The notes below the pieces were generated by a model. That model saw nothing but the letters and a program-made list of their open reading frames with translations, was not told where the DNA came from and did not search any database. DNA of 64,000 bases from Phoronis australis (lineage: Eukaryota > Animalia > Phoronida). Shown here piece after piece: positions 1-11,800 of this stretch; positions within the stretch are counted from its first letter, which is position 1; every line of letters starts with the position of its first letter. The position numbers and the translations under genes were made by a program. The DNA lies in contig NMRA01000150.1 of NCBI GenBank assembly GCA_002633005.1, positions 264,434 to 328,433 on the forward strand, given 5' to 3'.

Positions 1-391
1 TACGGCTCTGTTTCCGTCGTCTGCTTCACTGTGCAATGAAGAAAATTACTTCATTTTTTTAAAGAATGGAATCTGAGTGACGATGAAAAAACACAAGCTG
101 CTGGTACGATGTGAATTTTAATCGAAGTCTTAGTGAATCACTCAGAAACTCATAATTCTCTCTTTGTCAAACCTTAACTTAAGACAATTTCCAAAGCAAC
201 GCGTCAAAAAACGGATTTGGTCTTTTGGACAATTGAAGACTATTTTAAATAGCATACAACAAATTTGTTACGAACTGATATTGCACAAAATATAAAAAGT
301 AATAAGCATTACAAAAAGAAGTAGGTTTCGCGTGCAAACGCTGTGGACCATAAACAAGTAGGTCTCTTAATATCAAATTAGGAGTTAAATC

Positions 392-450
392 GTGGTGGTG
401 TAGTGGTAAAGTATGCTTGCTCTATCCTCCAGGTTACGAGTTCAAGTCTG
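392..450 (+). repeat. tRNA-derived (SINE-head-like) segment
   Basis: A-box-like TGGTGTAGTGG and B-box-like GAGTTCAAGTC at tRNA spacing; no good cloverleaf. Confidence 0.4.
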
Positions 451-519
451 AGGTTTTTGCAGTTTTTCCTGTTAGACACGTTCTCCGCTTTTTTGCCTTT
501 TTTTCTTAGATAATACTTC

Positions 520-699
520 AGGAATCAAGAAAAATGCTTGATTGTTAGAGGAAAAAACAGAAAAATTTTCCTGGGCGAGCAAACCTCCCTGATCTGGCCT
601 CCCCCCATTCGGTGCTATGCGCATCTACAGTCGTGGTTTGCGCAAGTGCTTACAGACAAAATGTTGGGCCCCCCTTGTGATATCCTAGATCCGACACTG
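520..699 (-). mobile_element. hAT-type MITE fragment (CAGTGGCGGATCTAG-like terminus)
   Basis: Ends CTAGATCCGACACTG; clearly similar to 12067-12200; terminus related to 17973. Confidence 0.55.
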
Positions 700-1012
700 C
701 GATAAATTAAATTTAACTTGTTGAATGCATTTATTGTCATTACTTTGACAATTGTCACTTTATTTTGACATCAACCCTTAGGGTTTATTTTTTATTACTC
801 ATCTCTATTTATAACCTCAGGGTCTACTTTTGTATTCATACATTTCTCTATGATACACCTGATTGGTCACCCATATTGCCTTAGTTCAGGTCAACGTGGT
901 CTAGCTCATTCAGCCACCTATCTCGTCGTCTACAAGACCTATGTTCGTTCTCTGCATTTTTTTCCCACCCTCATCCCGGGTGTCTGTTCAACTTTTTTCT
1001 TTTGCTCATATA

Positions 1013-2738
1013 CCGTAATCGTTCGGGTTAACGCCCTGGGCGGTTAAATTGGCGAACCCAAAAAATCGGGGGTGGGCGGTTAACCAGACATGGGCGCTTA
1101 AACGTGAAATTTCAAGAAATCGGGGGGGGCGGTTAACTGAACATGGGCGCTTATTACGACAGGCAACCGCCCTGGGCGGTTAATCTTACCTTATGATCTG
1201 AGTCACCACACGTACTAAGCCACATACTGGGATCGCCTAACACTTTGAAAAGAACTTTATCGCCACCAAGTGCGTACTCTGCGCACTCTAATTAACAAAT
1301 AGTTTCGAAAATGTAGAGTGTGGTCAAACTCCGAACGCTTGCATAGAAAGTTTGCTACATAATATGGCGCCTCAGGTGAGACCGATTATTGCGAATTATG
1401 CTCATTATTTCACTATACTTCGCAGACGTTGAACATGTTCACCTGCGTAGCAGACGGTAGCTGTGCTGTCGTTTTAACCCAGTTGTGGTCACGTGCTGAC
1501 CCATTTTTCCTGTGATCAGTGCACTCCCATAATAAACAACTTAACTGACGGTCACGTAGACAAGGACTACCAGCAGTTCCGAATTTCAGTTCAAAATCAT
1601 TTCGAGATAACAGAATGTACTCCTGGTCTGAATGGTCAAAAAGCATAAAAATGTATAATCAATCACGAAATCGGGTTCAACTATTCAGCTGCCATGCACT
1701 GTCGATTCGCCTGTTTATGTTGCCGGTATGTGGAGTTGACATGTACGGTACTCTGGCCTTTCAATGGCTAAATACAATAACAAACTTTTTGTTAACAAAC
1801 TCTACATTCAAAAAATTGCCACCAAGTTACATTGCAAAACACAAACACGAGTTTCTGTCTACACTCGCGTTTTTACTGGTCGACTTAGCAAACAAGAAGT
1901 CGGCCGATTCCAGTGTCGACCTTGAACAACCGTCGTTGCGGTTTTCGTTTCGACTGCGAGACGCAGCTTTTGTTAGCAAATGAAACCATCTATTCTCGGT
2001 AAAAATAATTCTTAGACGAAGCCTTAATTGTTCGGGTAAGTAACCCCGGTTTACTATATGCGACGAAATTACCGTGACGAGAGTACTCGAAAGACGGGGA
2101 TCTCGATAACCCGGCAATTACACTCACCAAAATATAAAGAATTTATCAACTTTTCGCGGTTTATGGGAATTCTTCAAAATCCCGAGAGCTTACAACCTAA
2201 AGCGCATTCAGAGGGTTGGCAAAAGCAATGTCACATTTCTCTGACCTGGTTATTTCGAATGCATCTTTTATATAGTGCACTGTAGTCGATAACTCAGTGC
2301 GGCAGAGATTGTGGCTGAAAGTGGAGGTGTAGACGCCAGCGCGGTTCCTAAAGTTTGCGAACATGAGAAGAAAAGAAAGTGACAAAGTGTTCAAGTATTA
2401 CATTTTGAAGTTAATCGATGACCCGTTACAATAATTTGTTACTGGTATCATAATTCACATTGCTAAACCGCGGTCTCTGAGGCCGTCGTTGCACTCAATG
2501 TTATCATCGATCTTAATCTAAAAGGTCGGGGATTCGCGTTTCCTATTAGCACAGGGCGGTAATCACCAATCGTCAAAAGTAGGGGATGGGCGGTTAACCG
2601 AGCAGTGGGCGGTTAATTGGAAATCTTCAAAAATAGCAGGGGGGCGGTTAACCGAGCAGTGGGCGGTTAAATCGAAATTCACCTAAAGTAGGGGGTGGGC
2701 GGTTAACTGAGCATGGGCGTTAACCCGAACGATTACGG
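1013..2738. mobile_element. Non-autonomous Tc2/pogo-like (Tc1/mariner superfamily) DNA transposon
   Basis: Perfect 24-bp TIR CCGTAATCGTTCGGGTTAACGCCC (1013-1036 / 2715-2738), TA on both sides, repeated subterminal GGGCGGTTAA; no transposase ORF. Confidence 0.85.
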
Positions 2739-5700
2739 TACATTACCTGTTAGGTATTTTCAAGTTTTGTGTTCCTGTTCTGTACTTTTTCTTTAGGCCC
2801 TTCAGGCAGTTCTTTTGTTTTGGTTCCCTCTTTCAGAGCTATTCGTTGTACACGCTGGTGGCCATTTTTTTCATGCCCATCTTGCAGAGTCTTATTTAGT
2901 TCTTTCTATATACGTCATAATAAATGACATTATTCGCAATCCTCCTCTTGTTTTACTCTGCAACGGAGCTCATGGCATACCCCGGGCAGAATAGATTACG
3001 ATAAATATATCCGAGCACAGTTGTTCAACTACTTCTGCCTGACAAACTTCTGGTAGACGAAAATCTTTAAGAAACAAACACTTGTCATTACTCCAAAGTT
3101 GAGACATTGATGTGAAAATTTCTGTTCCATGTTCTTGAATCGGTGGTTACAGAAAATTGTGTCAGCTGGGAAACTTAAATCACAATTTGAACTCCACAGG
3201 CAAATAGTTTTGAAAAATTACTGGCGTAACTCAGTAGTGCAATATTTATCTGCACGGTAATCAGACCACATGGTTTCAGTTTCACTTTCAGCCACTAAAG
3301 ATCTGTTGCTACACCATGAGGAGTAAAACACAGTGAGCAACAATCTGGGGGCAAACAGTATATAAACCTATCAGCATGACTTCCCCATCAAAATATTGAA
3401 TGCATCCAGGCATTCTCCAGCAATACAATAATGTAAACAAATTCTTCCAGGGCTGCACTGTTCAGGGAATTTCCAGGGGCGTCATACATAATGGGACCAT
3501 TGAGGCACTGCATCAGTTATAAATCACTTTTGCAAACATGGATAAATTTTAAGGAAATGATACTGCTAATAATTATGGTCTTTGTGAAGTTGAGAATTTT
3601 GTTTGTCTTCAAACAGTTTCATCAGGATGGTGAATAACAACTGACACAGCGAAATTCCTTTTTCCATCCAAAAAGCATTAAATGCCTGCAGAAAGTTTTG
3701 ACATCTGCCTTTCCTGATGTCTTCTTGTGCATACTAGGTGGCGCTGCTCACAAGATGTTGTAGTATTTGTTGGGCTGAGTTTATAAGCGCTTTCACCAAA
3801 TAATGCTCATTGCGTTGGCCTAGCATGATCAGTCATCATGCAGGCATCAGAGCACCCTAGGACTGCACAAAGTCCTCTGATATATCCAGGAAATTAAGTC
3901 ATGATCAATATTATGAAGCACATATTTTGTATTACGTGATATGCATTGCCCATGTGATGGCATATGAAGTGTCAAAATCAAGCCTCTAATTTAGTAATAT
4001 GAGCAAGGCCTAGTTTTCTGAAATAAACTATTCGACTATCAGGACATATTTCCGGACCATACAATAAAATCAATTGAAGCTTGTATCTTCACAGTTAAGA
4101 ATTATCAGACACTTTCAGATCATCACTAACATCAACCAGACACTAAAACTCAAACACCTTATAAGTTTCATTTTCGGATTTGGAGCTGTAACAAAGGAGC
4201 AAGCCCAACTTAGTGACCAGCTTGACCTTGTCAAGCTATGAGAAGTGGAAAGTGACCCAGGTTTTACGTGTTCAGTTATCTGTGCATCAGATGGGGTTCT
4301 TTGTGTCCCAGGTTCTGTGTGTCCAGATGTCGCAGTTGTGATTGTCCCCCCTTTATAGAATGTCCTAGCTGCATGTGTTTGAATGCCAGCATATGGGCGC
4401 GTTATTCGGTGGAATACTGGGAAGTTTCATTCAAATAAACGCAAGCCTGACAATTTCTTCAGGGGAACAATGGTTACTTTCACAGTGAGTTTTATATGTC
4501 CCTCGTCAGTGTTTGAGAGCAACTCAAAATGATCATGTGGCAAAGTACGGATATTTCTTACTAATCTGCAGATACTGGCTCTTTTTGAATGTTATGCACT
4601 TTTTCAGGTAACATACTGCTTTTTCATGGAAAATGTCACATGACTGTGAACACCCCCTGGTGAACACAAGAATTGACCCAAAGATCCTGAGATTTTGTCA
4701 AGTGGTTCCAGAGATACGACTGCATGTAATTTATGCTAGTCATAGGCTAAATTTTGACCTAATTATGCATGCAAATCAGGTCAAAAACGAGGTCAATTTT
4801 TCCTCTATATTAGGATCAAAAATGCACCTCTAAATTGTCATGTGCACCTAAAATGGCTATTGTAGCTAAACTTGCACACTCTTACGCTTAGCGCCTGGAC
4901 TATAAATGCCGAGAATAATTTGCTTACAAGGAAATCACGCATTTTAAAGCATACAGGTATTTTTCACCGCTGCTTCTTCAGTCTTGTTCAAAGTGACTTG
5001 CACCCGGATCAAAGTGAAGGCAGCAGGGCATGTGGAGAATTTCTCAATTATACTGGTTACAGCTCTGGTTCCCTAAGCCCCAAACAACTTTTGCAATGGC
5101 TATTCAACACGCCCTTTGTATTGATGTAGATCTGCGCTAATGAAGTGGAATGTAATAACTAGCACTACTTTCTTAACAAATTGTGATTGTTATTACACTG
5201 GAATTGGTTTTCTCTGCCATTTGCAATGTGGAGAGTAGTTTTAACTTGGTACATTTTAAATTTTACAAAAAGACTAAAAAGTTAATTTGCATTGATCTTG
5301 AAAAAGGACCACTTCGAACCCAACGGAGCGTTGATTTTAAATATGTTTCATGCTTGTTTTTGTTACTTTATTTTTAATACTCCTGTCTACTTGTTTTTTT
5401 TTCTTACCAGTTAGGGTTGCAACATCCTTGTAAAAGCCGCTCAGAAGGATAAGCGATGAAAAGTCTTTTACAAATGCGTAACTTTCGTTTAAGCGCATTA
5501 TTCATGGCATGGGAGTCGAACATATTTGTGAGGACATTGGTAAAGGAATGCAGATTAAAAAAAACGTGCACATTGATATACTCGGATGATTTACAAACGC
5601 TGAACAAAATTAACAATACCACCTGGTTTGAACTTTTAGTATACAACAAAACTACACTGTGAATACGACAAGTAAAAACAGCACGTGACTGAATTAGGTG

Positions 5701-5809
5701 TCAATAGGTTTTTGCCAACACTTATTGTCCAGTGCCGTTAAACTACTCCATTTGAGGAGTTTCACTAACCAGAAAACTGGTGATAAAACACGTGTCGTGA
5801 AGTTTAAGT

Positions 5810-5854
5810 ATGGCAAGCTTCAAATTCAATGAAGAAATCCAAGCAATAGATGAG
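5810..5854 (+). CDS. COMMD7: COMMD7 exon 1 (MASFKFNEEIQAIDE)
   Basis: ATG in AGTATGG context, strong GAG/gtgagt donor, phase 0 fits exon 2; homology weak. Confidence 0.65.
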
Positions 5855-8800
5855 GTGAGTCGGTGGGCGAGAGCTGTGGTTTCTAAGTTTCAATGATGAT
5901 CAAAATCTGCCACTGATTTGGCACTTTAAGCTTAAAACTAAAATCACGAGATAGCAACCTGCCTGTAAACAGAACAAAGTAGACTGGAATATTTAAAATT
6001 AACTGTTGCAGCAAAAACAGTTTTAAAACATATTTAAAAGCAACAATATCGTTTAGGAAATGGCCTTTTGTCAAGATGAACCCAAGTTTCTGTTTTTAGC
6101 TATTTTGTAATAACTTAAATGTCATCAAACCCTTGCTTTCAACATTGGCAGGCTGTAACTCTGTGTAAATGTCAGAGAAAACCAATGTTTGTGTAATAAC
6201 AACCACATCTGTGAGAAAGTTGTGCTATTCATTACCTTTCCACTTCATTTGCTTGAATACATAGGGCATGCTGAATAGGCATTATAAAAGTTGTCATGCT
6301 AGGACAAAGAGACTTACAGCAGTGACCAGAGTAAGCAAAAAATTCTCCACATGTATGCAAAAGACCAGCTACACATGGGACATATAGAACTCGAAATCCA
6401 TAAAACGGGACACATAGCGTTACGCACCCGCGCAGTGGAGTGAGTATCCCGATTGACAGACTGGCCAGTCGGCGGATACAGCCCTGCCCTTTTCAGTTTG
6501 ACAGCGGCAAACCAATGTTTACATTGTCCCCACAGCTCCCTTATTGTCTGCTTTAACAATGGTGGTCCTTGTTACAAACCAAAATGGTTTTCTCTGGCAT
6601 ATGCACAGAGTTAAAGCCTGCAATGTGGAGAGCAGTTTTAATTTGGTACGTTTTAAATCCGTTACAAAAAGACTAAAAAGTTAATTTCCGTTGATCTTGA
6701 CAAAGGGCCACTTCCCAAAGAAATGTTGGTTTGAGATATGTTTCAAATCTGTTCATTACTTTAATTTAATACTCCTGTTTACTTGTTTTTTCTTATGGGT
6801 TAGAGTTGCTATCTTTTTATTTTGTGTTTAAACTAAGTATCAAAACAACTTAGAAGTCAGTTAATTATGAACCCATCCCTGAATCTTCCAGATTACAGCT
6901 ACACCAAACATGTCACACCAAACATGTCACACCAAACATGTCACACCAAACATGTCACACCAAACATGGCACAGGAAACAAAACTACACGTGGCACTAGT
7001 AAAAGTTCAATTTTTATTAGACCTCAAATCAAAAAATTATAAAAGTGCAAATATGGTGATAGCCAAACTGAAGGTTTGGAACCTCTGGACAATCATGAAT
7101 TTTGGTTGCAGTAACTACATATAACTATTCTAGCTTTTTCTCAGTCATTGAAAATGAAATCACAGCTCTTGCCCACCGACCAACCTCATCCACTGCTTTC
7201 ACTCTCTCGTTAACTACAAAGCTAGCCATCTTAGTTGTCTTTATAGGTGTTCCATTACAGAAACAATCTAACTATCGAAACTGGCCCATTTCCGCGAATA
7301 GCAGTTTTTCGGTTTGTGTACTACTCCTGGAGTAAAGTAAGTTCGCAATGCACAGAGCTATAAGCGATGTTTTAAAAGTTATTAACATCTAATTTAGTCA
7401 CTGTGTGTTGTTTGTAGATGTTTCAATGTAGCTTAGTTGTGTATATTAAAAGAATCCACGTGATATTGTTAACTCTGATGATCAGCGTCACTGAGTACAT
7501 CAATATGCACAGTCGTTTATCTTAAATCGTACCCAATCTTTGTAGTTTAGCTTAATAGTTCATCGATTTTAAAAAATCGAAAACCAAACTTGGTTGTTTT
7601 TTCGTTCTGAATACGGCTGAGGTATTTGTTTTCAACGAAAATTTTTGGGTAATACATTTTGAAAATTCGCCAGTTTGTACAGACAGAGATTTTATGGTCG
7701 GGTAATTACACTTAATTGGGTCTTGCTCGCACCGGACACTGTCGGACTCAGTTGCGATGAGTGCATTCAATGCAACTGAGTCCGACTCTGGAGCCGCGCT
7801 ATCTTTGATCCCGGTAAAAGCTGCTCAGAAGGACGAGCGGTGAAAAGTCATGCATATATCATAAGAAATGCGTCACTTTCGTGTAAGCGTATTATTCACG
7901 GTGGCATGACCAGGTTCGACGAAAAATCACCTGTCACAACAAATTGTACTTTCCCTTATACCTCCCGATTTCACGGGCGGTTGCCATTGGTAACACGGCA
8001 GTCGATGTGCCTTAGCCAAAAGTGTGGGAATCACTAGTGAGAGTAAACGAAATTCAAATATTACCTTAATCATTTTCCACGCGAAATCTCAGGTTCGCAG
8101 GAACAGCAACTGTCACGCGTTTACGTAATTCACTTTTGTCGGCCCGGCAATGAACTCTGCCACACAGATTATACACTCCGAAACCCTATAGTCGTCCGCC
8201 TAAGCATAAAACCGTCTTGTTGTCTTACTCACCCAATTATTCCACTTCAAAGTTATGATCTGAATAGGACTTGATTTAACTCTCACAAATATATAGTATT
8301 CGTTGATTCAAACGTTTTCTTTTACTTAAGCCGAGTTGTTCAACTGTGCATTGGTTTTCGGCAGCCATTTTNNNNNNNNNNNNNNNNNNNNNNNNNNNNN
8401 NNNNNNNNNNNNNNNNNNNNNNNNNNNNNNNNNNNNNNNNNNNNNNNNNNNNNNNNNNNNNNNNNNNNNNNNNNNNNNNNNNNNNNNNNNNNNNNNNNNN
8501 NNNNNNNNNNNNNNNNNNNNNNNNNNNNNNNNNNNNNNNNNNNNNNNNNNNNNNNNNNNNNNNNNNNNNNNNNNNNNNNNNNNNNNNNNNNNNNNNNNNN
8601 NNNNNNNNNNNNNNNNNNNNNNNNNNNNNNNNNNNNNNNNNNNNNNNNNNNNNNNNNNNNNNNNNNNNNNNNNNNNNNNNNNNNNNNNNNNNNNNNNNNN
8701 NNNNNNNNNNNNNNNNNNNNNNNNNNNNNNNNNNNNNNNNNNNNNNNNNNNNNNNNNNNNNNNNNNNNNNNNNNNNNNNNNNNNNNNNNNNNNNNNNNNN

Positions 8801-11800
8801 NNNNNNNNNNNNNNNNNNNNNNNNNNNNNNNNNNNNNNNNNNNNNNNNNNNNNNNNNNNNNNNNNNNNNNNNNNNNNNNNNNNNNNNNNNNNNNNNNNNN
8901 NNNNNNNNNNNNNNNNNNNNNNNNNNNNNNNNNNNNNNNNNNNNNNNNNNNNNNNNNNNNNNNNNNNNNNNNNNNNNNNNNNNNNNNTTTCCACTATTTT
9001 CTTGGCCTTTTTCTGTGTGGTTTTCTGTCCTTTCAAAAGGCGGCAGCACATGACGACCATAGGTGTCATTATAAAATGGCTGCCGAAAACCAATGCACAG
9101 TTGAACAACTCGGCTTAAGTAAAAGAAAACGTTTGAATCAACGAATACTATATATTTGTGAGAGTTAAATCAAGTCCTATTCAGATCATAACTTTGAAGT
9201 GGAATAATTGGGTGAGTAAGACAACAAGCCGGTTTTATGCTTAGGCGGACGACTATAGGGTTTCGGAGTGTACTGTTAGAACATGTTATAACGAAGCTAC
9301 CATTACCTACAAGTTAATCCTCACGAAATCCATAGGCAAAAAATTTCATAACAATTCTCACTTGTCACGACATATGGAGCTCCTCCATTTTTTTAAAATT
9401 TGCCGGGTGTCGCAGACCAAGTAGGCCACCCGACCAAGTTATCTTGGTCGACTTACACGGTCGGACGTCGCAGACCAAGTATACTCGGGAACCCAATAGT
9501 CGTCCGCCTCAGCATAAAACCGGCTTGTTGTCGTACTCACCCAATTATTCTATTTCAAAGTTATGCTCTGAATAGGATTTGATTTAAGTCTCACAAATAT
9601 ATAGTATTCTTTGATCTAAACGTTTTCTTTTACTTAAGCCGAGCTGTTCAACTGTGCATTGCTTTTCGGCAGCCATGGTCGTCAAATGCTGCCGCCTTTT
9701 GAAAGAACAGAAAACCCACACAGAAAAAGGCCAAGAAAATAGTGAAAAGTGGTTTGCAGCAACTCTATTTCAACCACAAACTGTTTTACTGGTATGATAT
9801 CGATTTTTAAATCGATTAAAATTGATTTAGAAATTAGAATTTCAGTTCTGGAAGATAAATCGCAATTGTTTTATTCCAGATAGACCTTGCTTATTTTGTA
9901 TTTGTGACCTCTTTAATTGACTTTTTTCTCTTGTTGTTCTTAACACCAATTATTTCTGCTGTCCTTTTTCTTTTCAATTTCTCTTCATTCTCTGTTAACA
10001 CCTTGTCAGCCAAAACAGAATCCCGTAACCCTTTGAGACTTGGCCGGCCGAAGTTGATCATTGAACCTCGATACAATTGTTCTAATAAATTACCCATAAT
10101 TGTATTGTTTGATTTTTTCTCATCTTTAACTGGCTTCTGCAATCATAAATAAATAAATAAATACCCAAGTTGCAATTGAATTTTATTGCTCAATCTCTTC
10201 TTTTATTTTTGATTATGTCATGCTGTGTTGTATGTATAACAATGCAATATAGTGAAATAAAGTCAATGTTTTGCTTTATTGGTGGCCATTCTCTATCAAT
10301 TTAAGTATTTTAATTTTCTTCAAATAAATTCAAAATGCTTTAACCAAAAATTTCAACATAAATGTTGAGCTCATTACTTTGTTTTGCAATAAAAAAACAA
10401 GTGGACAATATTTTGATGACCAAGGCATGGGCCGAAACTGTTAAGCACCCAGCGTGTTCCATTTGTCTGCTGCGTGTTTCCTTTGGCCTAACAGGTGTCG
10501 GTTAGTGCCTGGGACAAATACAATGCATAAACAATCTCTGGGTTGCTTTTTGTTCCGTCTGAAGAAAATTTAATTTCGAAAATATCTTCTGAAAATGAAC
10601 AAAAAAGTGCATTAGTAAAATCTACAAGTTTTTAAGTGGTCTCAAAAAACAGTCGGTAAATGCATTAATTTTAGTCTGAGTTCTTCCATGCGTGTTTCTC
10701 CCGAGAGGTTAGTACCTAACGTGCAGACGAGCACTCCATATTGGAACGCTAAGTCCCGCGTGGCTACGCTGCACGCGAAAGAAGATGGCGGACAACCTTT
10801 GGAGCCTGACGACGATAGGTATCCGGACGGAGTTGCAAGGTACCGTTGATACCTGAATGTTTGCCATAGTGTTACAATATGAACGGTTCTACCAAATACG
10901 TTTTTTAATAAGATTTCATTTTTATGAGCCAAAATAACTCTGGCTGATAAAAATCTTTATTTTAATCTTTTGAACAGGAAATAGAGTACCCCGCAACTGC
11001 ATGCAAGGGTCACGGGTCAGCCACAGGCGGGATGGGCCACCCAACACACAACGTCAGGAATCATACATTTAGATTTCACATCTAACTTTAATCTTTTCAT
11101 CTGCTTTTCACAAGAGAGATATTAACCAACTTTTGCGGTGCAATACACTGTAGCTTTGCTTGCCAGATTACTAGGTCCGATCTGTCAACGGCCAGACCGA
11201 GCGCGCTGTGACGTGTCAAACTAGCAGAAACAAAAGATATTTCACTTTTTGTCCAAAGAAAGCTTCTTTTGTTAAAAGTTTCTATATCTAGAATCGTTTT
11301 TCGTGCTTTTCACTGTTCAAAAACTATACTAACGTTTTTTGTGTCTCTCACTTGGCTTCAGTTGACACCACTCGACGAGTGTTTGAGAAGCCGCGCCTAG
11401 CCCCTAATTCATTGGCAACGGTCTAACGATGTTTTGAAAATTGACTCAGTGACAAAACTTTCGTCTATATTGTAATTACTGATTGTTGACAACTTTCTGC
11501 TGATTCCATAGAATACAATCCGAAGCTATTAGCGTCTCAAAACATAAAGTTTCTAGGGCTATACCTGACTAGTGAAGAGGTCGAGACAATACTTAACGCT
11601 AATGAAAAGAAATTAATTTCATTTGACGTGTACCCAGCAGCTCTAGCAAAACCATTACCTCTTCTACGTGTATCTAGAAAGTTATAAGCCAATTTTTACG
11701 GCTTAATAGACTGTAGGTTTACTTGGTCCGGTTTGGGGCGGACCGAGTGCGCTAATTAAGACGTCATCAAACTTGCGGAATCTGAATATTTCAAAAGTTC

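Noticed and set aside
8174-8200. RAG/Transib-type RSS-like terminus (CAC start)
   Set aside because: No heptamer/nonamer match and no 5-bp TSD; the flanks are TA.
8276-9118. Long ORFs here and at 23733-24188 and 57792-58556
   Set aside because: Artefacts of translating through N gaps.
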